From the IMG/VR virus record IMGVR_UViG_3300044972_000535, positions 1 through 56,140 of that record: a stretch of 56,140 nt of DNA; one strand, written 5' to 3'. The translations under genes and the position numbers were made by a program. Positions 33,897 through 43,440 of this stretch are shown in pieces. How positions within the stretch are numbered: position 1 is the first letter of the stretch; every line of letters starts with the position of its first letter. The notes under the pieces are model-generated. The model was not told the origin of the DNA. It searched no databases and saw nothing but the letters and a program-made list of their open reading frames with translations. The stretch comes from a virus (taxonomy: Duplodnaviria > Caudoviricetes).

Positions 33897-35470
33897 AGGT
33901 AATCAAGAAGCTTATAGCCAGCTTCCCTCTGTACGCCAAAAACGTCCTGCGGATCGTCAGCAAGCAAGGGGAGGTCATCCCGTTCAGGTTGAACCGTGGA
34001 CAGCTAATCCTGCATGAGCAGCTGGAGCGGCAGCTGGCTGAGACTGGCCGTATTCGCGCCCTGGTCATCAAGGGCCGGCAGATGGGTATCTCGACCTACG
34101 TCGAAGGCCGCTTCTTTTGGAAGGTCACGAAGACCAAGAACGCCAACGCCTTCGTGCTGTCTCACCTGGCGGAATCGACCACCGCGATCTTTCGCATGGT
34201 TCGCTCGTTCTACGACAACGCAGCGCACAGCGTATTCAAGCCGCCGCTTTCTACGTCGACGACCACCACAATGGTGTTCGACGGACTGAACTCCCAGTAC
34301 CGAATCGGCACCGCGCGCTCGACAAACATCGGGCGCGGCATGACCAACAAGTACGTCCACGCCTCCGAGGCCGCGTTCTACCCGAATAGCGGTGAAATCG
34401 TGTCCGGTCTTCTTCAGTCCGTTCCGGCGGAAGGCAGTGAAGTGATCGTCGAGTCCACCGCCAATGGTGCGGGCGGGTGGTTTTACGAACAGGTGATGAA
34501 GGCGCTCCGAAAGGAGAGTGACTGGATCGTCATCTTCATCCCCTGGTACTGGCTGCCAGAGTACGCCAAGAAGATCGACCCGTACTTCACCCGCACAAAG
34601 GAGGAGGAGAAGCTTGCTCTCACCTTCTCGCTGTCCAGCGAACAGCTGAACTGGCGTCGGTCAAAGATCGACGAACTCGGATCAACGGACCTTTTCAAGC
34701 AGGAATACCCATGCACCCCGGAGGAGGCGTTCCTCTTCTCTGGGCGAGCATTCGTCGAAGAAGACTGCCTCATGGACGCAGATCGTGACTGCTACACGCC
34801 TTACGTGGAGGGAAGCTTCAAGGACGGCACCGTCACACCGCACACCGAAGGGTCTTATAAGCAGTGGATCAAGGGCGTTGACCCTGAAGAGCGGTATTGC
34901 ATCGGGGTCGACGTGGCGGAAGGCCTCGCACACGGGGACTATACGGTCGCACAGGTACTCGATTCACTGGGTCGGCAGGTTGCGTCATGGCGTTTGCACA
35001 TCGACCCATACGAACTCGGCGATCAGATGGCGCACCTGGGCAAGAAGTTCAACCGCGCCTACGTGATACCGGAGCGAAACAACCACGGCCTGACCACAAT
35101 TCGTCGGATGCAGGACTTAGGTTACCCGAACTTATATGTCGAACACACAGTCGATGATGCGTACGCAGACAAAATGACTAAGCGCGCAGGGTTTTACACC
35201 AGCAGCAAGACCAAGCCGTTGATCATCGACAACCTTGCGGCGCTTCTTCGTAAGAGGGATAGTGGTATTGCGGACCAAGAACTTGTAAAAGAACTCCGCA
35301 ATTACGTTATCGACGACAAAGGGTTCACTAATGCAAAGTCAGGTTGCTATGACGACCGTGTGATGTCATACGCAATCGCACTCTTCGGGTTGAATACCAT
35401 GCCGCGTAATCGTCGCACTACGAAGAACGCTGTAGGGTATAAACCGTTCGATGATGTTGTGGGGTATTGA
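33887..35470 (+). CDS. terL: Terminase large subunit
   Basis: IKGRQMGIST, HASEAAF, ESTANG, QEYP, IGVDVAEG, ERNNHG, DDRVMS. Confidence 0.95.
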   Translation: MEVEVIKKLIASFPLYAKNVLRIVSKQGEVIPFRLNRGQLILHEQLERQLAETGRIRALVIKGRQMGISTYVEGRFFWKVTKTKNANAFVLSHLAESTTAIFRMVRSFYDNAAHSVFKPPLSTSTTTTMVFDGLNSQYRIGTARSTNIGRGMTNKYVHASEAAFYPNSGEIVSGLLQSVPAEGSEVIVESTANGAGGWFYEQVMKALRKESDWIVIFIPWYWLPEYAKKIDPYFTRTKEEEKLALTFSLSSEQLNWRRSKIDELGSTDLFKQEYPCTPEEAFLFSGRAFVEEDCLMDADRDCYTPYVEGSFKDGTVTPHTEGSYKQWIKGVDPEERYCIGVDVAEGLAHGDYTVAQVLDSLGRQVASWRLHIDPYELGDQMAHLGKKFNRAYVIPERNNHGLTTIRRMQDLGYPNLYVEHTVDDAYADKMTKRAGFYTSSKTKPLIIDNLAALLRKRDSGIADQELVKELRNYVIDDKGFTNAKSGCYDDRVMSYAIALFGLNTMPRNRRTTKNAVGYKPFDDVVGY

Positions 35471-37503
35471 TGTTCGAGGACGACCTTGAAGACGAAAACA
35501 ATGGAGAAGTAGTCGAAAATAAAGTCATAGACGAAGACCTTGAGGACTATCAAGGCCTTGGTCCGCGACTTCAGTCCCTGTTCCGCGAGTACAAAGATGC
35601 TCGCAAGGACAATGAGGACGAATGGTTATCAAGCTTCCGGCAGTTTCTTGGGCAGTACGACCCCGATACGCTCGCCAAACTGACCGGATCACGCTCGAAG
35701 ATTTTTGTCGGCTTGACCCGCACCAAGGTCATGGCCGCGTTTTCCCGCATGGTCGACCTGCTGTTCCAGCCTGGTCAGAACTTCTTCGGCATTGAGCCGA
35801 CCCCGATTCCAGAACTCGACCCGCTCGAGATGGCGGAGATCACCAAGAATGCGACCGCAGAGGTAATGGCGGTCAGCGGTGCTGTTGCTCCTACGCAGGT
35901 GATGGACATCATCAACGAGCGTAAGGACGAACTGACAGACGAAGTGCGAGAAGAGGTCAAGCGCCGCGCCAGACTCGCCTCCGAAGAGATGTCTTTGCTT
36001 ATCGGTGACCAGCTGCAAGAAGCCAGCGCGGAGCAGAAGATCAAAGAAGCCATCATGGAGTCGGTGATCTTCGGCACTGGCTGCATCAAGGGTGGCACGA
36101 TCCGCATCGACCGCCAGAAGCGATGGAAGCGTTCCCTCGTTAACGGGGTCCAGACCCACGCCCTGATGGTTATCGAGCGGGTGAAGCCGGATATCGAATC
36201 TGTTTCTATCTTCGATATTTACCCTGACCCATACGCCACGTCGAACACGGACCTGCACGGCCTGTTCCGCCGCCATGTTCTTACGCGCCGTCAGTTCCGC
36301 GACCTGAAAGACCTGGATGGCTTTGATGGTGACGCGATCATCGAGATTCTGACCGACTCCCCGCGAGGGAACTACGTCGAGGAAGACCATGAGCGCATCC
36401 GCCGCGAGGCCGCGCACATCAGACTTCAGTCCGGTCCGAACAATCGGTTCGAGGTTCTCGAGTACTGGGGTTCTATCAACGGCACAGACCTCGTTGATGC
36501 CGGCGTTGAACTCCCCAAGGACTCGGAAGAGGACGACGAGTACGACGCAAACGTATGGATTTGCAGCGGCAGGGTTGTTCGCGCCACCCTCAACCCCATT
36601 CCGGACGGTCGCATCCCGTACAACTGCTTCCCGTATGAGCGTAACCCTCACCAGTTCTGGGGTACGGGCGTTCCCAGGATGATGCGCGACTCGCAGCAGA
36701 CCATGAACGCTGCCACTCGCATCTTCATCGACAACGCCGCTATTGCTTCCGGCCCGCTCGTAGAGGTCAACACGGACTTCCTCGAGGCCGGCGAAGACCC
36801 GCGAGACATTCACCCATGGCGCGTGTTCTTGCGTAGTGGCGGCGATCCGACTGCGCCGGCTGTTCGCTTCAATCAGCCGATTGCCAATACCGGCGGGATC
36901 ATCAACATCATCGAACTATTCCGCAAGTTCGCAGATGAAACGACATCGCTGCCGTCATACACGCACGGCGATCAGGGCCAGTCGATGAACAAGACGGCCA
37001 CTGGTATGTCCATTCTCATGGGCAACGCGAACGTGTCGCTGAAATCTACACTGAAGAACGTCGACGACTTTCTCATCATTCCCTTAATCCAGGCGCTGTA
37101 TCACTGGAACATGGAGTGGAGTGACAACGAAAAGGCGAAAGGCGATCTCAAGATCGTCGCGCGTGGCTCTACTTCGCTTATTCAACGTGAAGTTCGCTCG
37201 CAGCGTCTTCTGCAATTTCTGTCACTAATCAGCAATCCGATGGACGTTGCCATTGTAAAACGTAAGGAGTTGCTTACGGAGATTGCAAAGAGTATGGACA
37301 TAAATCCGGACGAAGTATTGAAGTCCGACAAGGAACTAGAAATTGAAGCGCAAGCCGTACAGCAGCAGATGCTCGCAGCAGGTGGCCCAGGCGGTGGTGG
37401 CCCTGGCGGGCCAGCCCCAATGGAAGGTATTGATGACCTTTCTAACGGAGCGGCTGGAGGCTTGCCGGGACAAGTTGGAGATCGTTCCGGATCACAGATT
37501 TGA
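35470..37503 (+). CDS. Portal protein
   Basis: About 677 aa after TerL; IFGTG..K, DIYPDP, FEVLEYWG, FWG.GVP. Confidence 0.88.
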   Translation: MFEDDLEDENNGEVVENKVIDEDLEDYQGLGPRLQSLFREYKDARKDNEDEWLSSFRQFLGQYDPDTLAKLTGSRSKIFVGLTRTKVMAAFSRMVDLLFQPGQNFFGIEPTPIPELDPLEMAEITKNATAEVMAVSGAVAPTQVMDIINERKDELTDEVREEVKRRARLASEEMSLLIGDQLQEASAEQKIKEAIMESVIFGTGCIKGGTIRIDRQKRWKRSLVNGVQTHALMVIERVKPDIESVSIFDIYPDPYATSNTDLHGLFRRHVLTRRQFRDLKDLDGFDGDAIIEILTDSPRGNYVEEDHERIRREAAHIRLQSGPNNRFEVLEYWGSINGTDLVDAGVELPKDSEEDDEYDANVWICSGRVVRATLNPIPDGRIPYNCFPYERNPHQFWGTGVPRMMRDSQQTMNAATRIFIDNAAIASGPLVEVNTDFLEAGEDPRDIHPWRVFLRSGGDPTAPAVRFNQPIANTGGIINIIELFRKFADETTSLPSYTHGDQGQSMNKTATGMSILMGNANVSLKSTLKNVDDFLIIPLIQALYHWNMEWSDNEKAKGDLKIVARGSTSLIQREVRSQRLLQFLSLISNPMDVAIVKRKELLTEIAKSMDINPDEVLKSDKELEIEAQAVQQQMLAAGGPGGGGPGGPAPMEGIDDLSNGAAGGLPGQVGDRSGSQI

Positions 37504-37606
37504 GCAAGGATCGGCGGCAGAACTCCGCTATTTCCTTGAACTAGAAGATACCGCGCAAGCGGTTTTGAGCAGTCGTAGGCCTGAGACTCAGACACCCTAC
37601 GACTAA
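37343..37606 (+). CDS. Small protein overlapping the portal 3' end
   Basis: WKVLMTFL.ERL...RD.LE...RFEQG....LR..LELE; AAGGAA upstream of TTG. Confidence 0.6.
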   Translation: MKRKPYSSRCSQQVAQAVVALAGQPQWKVLMTFLTERLEACRDKLEIVPDHRFEQGSAAELRYFLELEDTAQAVLSSRRPETQTPYD

Positions 37607-37656
37607 TACCAACAACGGACACTCCGTGCAGCGGACCCGTAACCAATGGTGTGTAA

Positions 37657-38571
37657 ATGAAGGTTGACCCTGAACAGCTTGAACGTGAAGCCGAAGAACT
37701 TCTGAAGCAGATGATGGAACGGAATGCGAATCCCCAGTCTGACAATCAGACTGAAGAGGACACCTCGCACGTTCCTGAACATGACGATAACCCACCCGCA
37801 GAGTCAGCGGACACCGGGGAAGACGGCGTTAACGAGACTCCTCATTCTGAAGATCGCGGCGATCAGCAGAGTGATGAAGGTGATGGCGACCTGCGGAAGC
37901 AGCTTCGCATTGCTGAAGAACGTGTCAAGAATGCTCAGGCCAGAATGACTAAGGCCACCCAAGAGACTGCTGACCTCCGTCGTCAAATGATGGAACTCCA
38001 GTCGAATATGGCAGGCCTTCAGTCTCGGATGGCAGAGACGGCGTCCCACAAGGACGAGATGGACGATGAACTACGGACACTCGCTGAAGAGTATCCCGAC
38101 ATCGCCTCTCCTCTTTTGAAGAAGCTGTCCCGGCTTGAAGAGACGGTCAGTGAGTACCGAACGCAGATGGCAGCGAAAGAGAGTCAGGGTACGCTTCAGG
38201 CGCACTTTGACAGCATTCGGAAGTCGCACCCCGACATGGACGATATCGTCACGTCGGATGACTTTAATGGATGGCTTGATCGTCAATCGCCTGTCTGGAA
38301 GCGCGTCGCCCAAGATGGCAGCGCCCAGGAGGTGGTCGACTTGCTTGATCGCTACCGTGACGTACTCGGTACACCGCCGCAACAGCCGGAATCCAAAGTC
38401 GAACGGGCAAGAAGGGTTGCAGAACCATCAATGCCCAAGGCGAGGAAACCGGACCCGAACTCGGGCAAGCGAGTCTGGACACGTGAGGAGATCACACGGA
38501 TGCCTCTCAATGAATTTGAGAAGCGCCAGGGTGAAATTGACCAAGCGTATCTGGATGGGCGAGTCCGTTAA
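37657..38571 (+). CDS. Capsid scaffolding protein
   Basis: Acidic N-terminus, coiled coil, HPD...F..W, C-terminal I..AY.DGRV; precedes capsid gene. Confidence 0.8.
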   Translation: MKVDPEQLEREAEELLKQMMERNANPQSDNQTEEDTSHVPEHDDNPPAESADTGEDGVNETPHSEDRGDQQSDEGDGDLRKQLRIAEERVKNAQARMTKATQETADLRRQMMELQSNMAGLQSRMAETASHKDEMDDELRTLAEEYPDIASPLLKKLSRLEETVSEYRTQMAAKESQGTLQAHFDSIRKSHPDMDDIVTSDDFNGWLDRQSPVWKRVAQDGSAQEVVDLLDRYRDVLGTPPQQPESKVERARRVAEPSMPKARKPDPNSGKRVWTREEITRMPLNEFEKRQGEIDQAYLDGRVR

Positions 38572-38602
38572 AAAACAACTGTTGTGATTATGAGGTCTTA
38601 AT

Positions 38603-39463
38603 ATGCCCGCTTTTGCTACTACTGGTACTACGTCCGCTGCGAACTTCATTCCTGAAATCTTCTCGAAGAAGCTTCAGGCGAAGTTCTACGCTTCTTCGGT
38701 CCTTCCGCAGATCAGCAACACCGACTATGAAGGTGAGATCAGCGGCCAGGGCAACAAGGTCAACATCCGTACCGTTCCCAACGTGACGGTCAGCGACTAC
38801 ACGGGCAGCGTGTCGTACGCTGATGTGACCACGCAGATCATCGAACTGATGATCGACAAGGCGAAGTCGTACGCTTTCAAGGTGGATGACATCTTGAAGG
38901 TTCAGGCCGACATCGCCTTCCAGAACGAAGCATCGAAGGATGCTGCCGAACAGATGCGTATCGCTGTTGAGACGGACGTGCTTGGTAACATCGCTACCGG
39001 CGCGACCACGATCCTGGACAAGGCATCGGTTTCGGTGTCGAACATCCTTGATCACGTTCTCGAAGCAGGCCGCAAGCTGGACGAACTGAACATTCCGGAT
39101 TCGGATCGTTTCATCGTTCTCTCGCCGCTCTACGTCGAGATGCTGAAGAAGACGGACCTCAAGCTTGCCTACCTGACCGGTGACGGCGTTTCGCCCATCC
39201 GCAACGGCAAGGTTGGCATGATCGACCGCTTCACCGTCTATCAGTCGAACCTCCTGGCCATTGGCTCGGGCGGTGACGCTGGGAAGACGATGGCTCTCGC
39301 GGGTCACCCGAAGGCGACGTGCTTTGCGTCGCAGTTCGTGAAGACGGAAACCGTCCGTCTCACCGATACCTTCGGTGACGGCATTCGCGGTCTGAAGGTG
39401 TATGGCTACAAGGTCGTTGTTCCCAACGCGCTTGTGACCCTCAAGCTGAAGACCACGGCCTAA
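38603..39463 (+). CDS. Major capsid protein
   Basis: FIPEIFS.KL, NTDYEGEI..QG.KV.I, F.VDD, F.D.IRGL.VYG.KV. Confidence 0.9.
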   Translation: MPAFATTGTTSAANFIPEIFSKKLQAKFYASSVLPQISNTDYEGEISGQGNKVNIRTVPNVTVSDYTGSVSYADVTTQIIELMIDKAKSYAFKVDDILKVQADIAFQNEASKDAAEQMRIAVETDVLGNIATGATTILDKASVSVSNILDHVLEAGRKLDELNIPDSDRFIVLSPLYVEMLKKTDLKLAYLTGDGVSPIRNGKVGMIDRFTVYQSNLLAIGSGGDAGKTMALAGHPKATCFASQFVKTETVRLTDTFGDGIRGLKVYGYKVVVPNALVTLKLKTTA

Positions 39464-39470
39464 TCGGCCA

Positions 39471-39494
39471 GAGGGGGAGGGCAACCTCCCCCTC
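39471..39494 (+). terminator. Hairpin after the capsid gene
   Basis: Perfect 10-bp stem GAGGGGGAGG-GCAA-CCTCCCCCTC; weak U-tract. Confidence 0.6.
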
Positions 39495-39568
39495 ACTCCG
39501 TTTAGGTGGTGGCAGGTGTTGGAAGTCGCCTGCCTCCTCCTAAGCCGAGTGAACCAAAGAGGGGAATC

Positions 39569-39847
39569 ATGGATAAGACTATCGATCAGATGAACAAGGA
39601 CGAACTTGAGGCGTATGCCCGCAAGGAGTTTGCCTTTGAAATCGATAAGCGTCGCCGCCTTGATGACCTAATTGAGCAGGTAAAGTCTTTCGAGACGATG
39701 AAGGGCAAGCCGAAGCCTGTCACGTCCCAGACCGCGAAGAAGGACCGTTGTCCGAAAACTGTACGCAACATTCGGACTGGGGTGGAGTGGTCCTGGAATC
39801 CACTGTATAGCGGTAATGCAGACCTCGAAGTTATCGAGTGGGAGTGA
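39569..39847 (+). CDS. Small virion-associated hypothetical protein
   Basis: GAGGGG RBS; M.KDELEAYAR..F..EIDKR. Confidence 0.65.
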   Translation: MDKTIDQMNKDELEAYARKEFAFEIDKRRRLDDLIEQVKSFETMKGKPKPVTSQTAKKDRCPKTVRNIRTGVEWSWNPLYSGNADLEVIEWE

Positions 39848-39852
39848 ACTGA

Positions 39853-40524
39853 ATGCCAACGACCAAAGCCATTGACCTGATCAATCGCGTGGCGGTCACG
39901 CTGCAAGACCCCACGTTCGTGCGTTGGACTCAGCAGGAATTGCTGAACTACCTAAACGACGCACAGCGGCAGGTCGTTCTGTTCCGTCCAGACGCGAAGA
40001 CGGTCAATACCACCCACACGTGCGTAGCAGCTGCCAAGCAGACGCTGGCTGCTGACGGATTGCGCCTTATCAATGTTCTACGTAACAAGGATGGTCGCGC
40101 CATCACGAAGGTGGACCGCAAGATTCTGGATGTGCAGCTGCCCAACTGGTGGGAGACGCCTGTTGATGCGACGGGCGTGAAGCATTTCGTCTACGACGCC
40201 ATCGATCCGAAGGTGTTCTACCTGTTCCCGAAGCCGGCGGTAACGAACCAGATCGAGATCGTCTACGCCACGTCCCCGGCAGACCTGTTGGTGAGCAACT
40301 TCACCAGCGACACCCAGGTGATCAGCATCGACGACATCTACGCGAACGCCATCATGGACTACATGATGTACCGCTCGTACCAGAAGGACAGCGAGTTCGC
40401 GAACCTCAACCGTGCCGGTTTGTTCTTCCAGGCCTTCGGCAATGCTCTTGGCATCAAGACGCAGGCTGACGGTGGCCTGAACGACAACATGATTGCGCAG
40501 CAGCCTGGGGTGATACGCCAGTGA
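39853..40524 (+). CDS. Head-tail adaptor protein
   Basis: LQD...VRW...ELL.YLND.QR...RPDA; YR.YQKDSE; position. Confidence 0.7.
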   Translation: MPTTKAIDLINRVAVTLQDPTFVRWTQQELLNYLNDAQRQVVLFRPDAKTVNTTHTCVAAAKQTLAADGLRLINVLRNKDGRAITKVDRKILDVQLPNWWETPVDATGVKHFVYDAIDPKVFYLFPKPAVTNQIEIVYATSPADLLVSNFTSDTQVISIDDIYANAIMDYMMYRSYQKDSEFANLNRAGLFFQAFGNALGIKTQADGGLNDNMIAQQPGVIRQ

Positions 40525-41144
40525 AGTACAGCGACCTGTTCGTTTACGTGCTGTCTGAGGTGGCTGGCTGCCCGGAGTTCACCGCTGAACGTGCGATCCG
40601 CGATACGTGCATCGACTTTTGCGCCCGGACTGGGGCGTACAAGGCAGAGCCGCTGTCGCTTATCGTCATTCCCGGCATCGTGGAATACGAACTGGAAGCG
40701 CCGACCGGCACGGAGCCGAACCACGTCAGCAAGGTACTCCGTAGTGGGCGTGAACTGACGAAGCTTCCGTACGAGGATGCGTACATCCGCAACGAACTGG
40801 CAAGCACCAGGTCTGCGCCTGGCTACTTCTCCCAGTACGACAACAGCAATCTACTGCTTGGCCCAGCGCCAGACGCCAGAGAGACGCTCAAGGTTCTTTA
40901 CACCTTGAAGCCGACCACGGCGTCTACCTCTATCCCAGACACCATTGGCCTCGAGCATCGCGAGACGCTGGTCAGTGGCGCTCTGTTTCGTCTTCAGATG
41001 ATGGCGGGTGCTACTTGGGCGAATGGTGGCCCAGCGCAGGCAAACAACATGATCTACGAGCGCGGCGTGTCGGCTGCGATCCGCCAGGCGAAGTACGGCC
41101 ATAGCGGTGCCTCGCTCACTGTGACTGCGCGGGAGTTTGGGTAA
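40521..41144 (+). CDS. Adaptor/tail tubular protein
   Basis: V.GCP......AIR...IDFC.RT; P.P.....L.....LKPT. Confidence 0.65.
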   Translation: MKYSDLFVYVLSEVAGCPEFTAERAIRDTCIDFCARTGAYKAEPLSLIVIPGIVEYELEAPTGTEPNHVSKVLRSGRELTKLPYEDAYIRNELASTRSAPGYFSQYDNSNLLLGPAPDARETLKVLYTLKPTTASTSIPDTIGLEHRETLVSGALFRLQMMAGATWANGGPAQANNMIYERGVSAAIRQAKYGHSGASLTVTAREFG

Positions 41145-41515
41145 TGGCTTATTCAGAGACTATCAACCTTGTCCAGGGTGACACGCTCCCGCAGCTTCAG
41201 CTGACGATCCGCGACCAGAACACTGCCGCGTCAGGCAAGACGCTGGACACGGAAGACCCGACGACCTGGGCAATCGTGAACTTGGTGGCTGCGACTGTCC
41301 GCCTGAAGATTCGTGAAATCGGCGGAACGGCACTGAAGGACACGATCACGGGCCAGGTAACGGACGGCATCAACGGCAAGGTCGTCTTTATGTTCGCCAG
41401 CACTACCCTTGATACCGCAGGCCTGTACGAGGCGGAGGTGGAGGTTACGACTTCTCTTGGCGGAATACAGACCGTCTATGACCTCCTGAAATTGCAGGTG
41501 CGCGAGCAGTTCTAA
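41144..41515 (+). CDS. BppU-like tail protein
   Basis: QGDT.P.L, G.V...F....LDTAG.YEAEVEVT. Confidence 0.6.
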   Translation: MAYSETINLVQGDTLPQLQLTIRDQNTAASGKTLDTEDPTTWAIVNLVAATVRLKIREIGGTALKDTITGQVTDGINGKVVFMFASTTLDTAGLYEAEVEVTTSLGGIQTVYDLLKLQVREQF

Positions 41516-42960
41516 TGAACGCCTTCGATGCTTCACAGAAGCTGAGGGCGGCGGCAACGTATGCGGTCCTGAAGGCGCAGAGCGCGTTCTCCGTTCTGAC
41601 GACATCGACCTATTACCAGACGCTTGCTGCGCAAGCCGTAGCCGCATTCCTGACAGCACAGGCCAGCGCGACCTCGATGGTGGCGACGGCTAACTACATC
41701 CGCATTCGGATCGAGGCGGAACTGGGCGAGTTCATCTTTGCCTTGAGCCGTGGCGACACGCTCACCGCCATCGACACTGCCGTCCGCTCCTTCCTCAAGG
41801 GTCTGTCCCACGCAGCGCAGGTCAGCGACCAGGCGGTCAGGCTGTTTAGCAAGGCAGTCGCTGACGCCTTCAGTGCGTCCGACACGGTGAGCCGCCTGTT
41901 TGGCAAAGGCCTGACGGATACCACTACGGCTTCTGACGTAAGTACCAAGTCACTTGGAAAAGTGCGCCAGGACATTTCTGCGATTTCCGATGCGGCGGTG
42001 AAAGGTTTGACCACATCCCGGTCAGACTCCTTTGTTGCCGGTGACGTGCTGACCCGCGTCACGATCTTCCTCCGCGCGTACCTAGACGCCTTCACGGCAT
42101 CTGAGTTGTATCAGCGGACATTCGGCAAGTCGGCCACTGAAACTGTGGCCATTACGGATGATGAAATCCGCACAGTACTGAAGGTTCTGTCTGATCCTGC
42201 AACAGCAACGGACGACACGAACCAGGCGGGGGTAGACGACAACGCGAACCTGTCGTTCTTCCGCAGCCGCTTTGAGTCGGCGAGTGCATCCGATGTGTTC
42301 TCGAGAACGGTGGTTTATGCCCGTTCGTACATTGACGGACTAAGCACCAGCGACGCCACAACGCGAGCGTTTGCCAAGGCTGCCTCAGATGCCCCCGTGG
42401 CTGGAGACGCTGCTGTGCGCTCTCTGATGAAGACATTGTCGGACCTCGCCAGGGTTACGGACGACGTGAACGGCGCGGCGGCGGACGATGATGCTAATTG
42501 GTCGTTCTTTAAAAACCGATCTGAAGTCGCCACTGCGCAGGATATTCTCACTAGGGTCATGACCTACACGCGGCAATTGAGCGACACCGCGTCAATCGCC
42601 GAGACAGTTGCTCGCAGTACAACAAAACAGTTTGCTGATGCGTTTATTGCTGGCGATGCGGCGGTCATCTCGATGGTGCGTCAGCGCAGCGCAAGTGAAA
42701 GTTCCAGCGTCGCGGATGCTATTGTTCGCGGAATAATAAAGAGCATTGTGGACTCTGCGCAGGCATCCGACTTCGCCACCCTAAGTGTGTTTCGAGCAAG
42801 AACTGATCTGGCGACTTCATCAGATGCCGCGTCCAAGACTGCCGGCAAGGCTTCCTCTGATATTGCATCGACATCAGATGGTGGCTCTGTTATGAGCCAA
42901 GGGTATACGAGCGGTACGTACTTCGCAGAAGACTACGTGGGAACTTACAGAACTTTTTGA
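41515..42960 (+). CDS. Repetitive tail/structural protein
   Basis: Roughly 19-aa repeats K.LSD....SD. Confidence 0.6.
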   Translation: MNAFDASQKLRAAATYAVLKAQSAFSVLTTSTYYQTLAAQAVAAFLTAQASATSMVATANYIRIRIEAELGEFIFALSRGDTLTAIDTAVRSFLKGLSHAAQVSDQAVRLFSKAVADAFSASDTVSRLFGKGLTDTTTASDVSTKSLGKVRQDISAISDAAVKGLTTSRSDSFVAGDVLTRVTIFLRAYLDAFTASELYQRTFGKSATETVAITDDEIRTVLKVLSDPATATDDTNQAGVDDNANLSFFRSRFESASASDVFSRTVVYARSYIDGLSTSDATTRAFAKAASDAPVAGDAAVRSLMKTLSDLARVTDDVNGAAADDDANWSFFKNRSEVATAQDILTRVMTYTRQLSDTASIAETVARSTTKQFADAFIAGDAAVISMVRQRSASESSSVADAIVRGIIKSIVDSAQASDFATLSVFRARTDLATSSDAASKTAGKASSDIASTSDGGSVMSQGYTSGTYFAEDYVGTYRTF

Positions 42961-42968
42961 GGTAGATC

Positions 42969-43418
42969 ATGAACACTCTTGAAAGCATCAAAGCCACGGG
43001 CCGTCTGGCGATTGCACTCCTCGACGCTAATGGCAACTTGAAGACCAGTGTTGAGGTTGAGAACCTTGTCGTCACAGCCGGCCTTGGCTTCATCTCGAGC
43101 CGCATGAAGGATGCCACCGCCGCCGCCATGTCGCACATGGCTGTTGGGTCTGGCACGACTGCCGCAGCTGCCGGTCAGTCTGCGCTAATTAGTGAACTTG
43201 GCCGCTCCGCCCTTACGTCCACCACGGTGACGGGTGCGCAGGTTGCGTACGTAGCGACCTTTGGCCCTGGCGTTGGCACTGGCGCTGTCACGGAAGCCGG
43301 ACTTTTCAACGGCGCTTCGTCTGGCACGATGTTGTGCCGCACGGTCTTCAGCGTCGTGAACAAGGATGCTGGCGACACCATGACCATTACCTGGACGGTG
43401 ACGCTGGCCGCTGCCTAA
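42969..43418 (+). CDS. Tail structural protein
   Basis: NLVV.AG, MAVGSG, TEAGLFN...G.ML.R.VF..VNK...D...ITW. Confidence 0.7.
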   Translation: MNTLESIKATGRLAIALLDANGNLKTSVEVENLVVTAGLGFISSRMKDATAAAMSHMAVGSGTTAAAAGQSALISELGRSALTSTTVTGAQVAYVATFGPGVGTGAVTEAGLFNGASSGTMLCRTVFSVVNKDAGDTMTITWTVTLAAA

Positions 43419-43440
43419 TTTGGTTTGAGGCGAGTTATAA

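Noticed and set aside
35689-36813. Long antisense ORFs (also 17210-18283, 38588-39496, 50679-52178)
   Set aside because: Shadow frames of well-supported genes with strong codon bias or low complexity; no motifs of their own.
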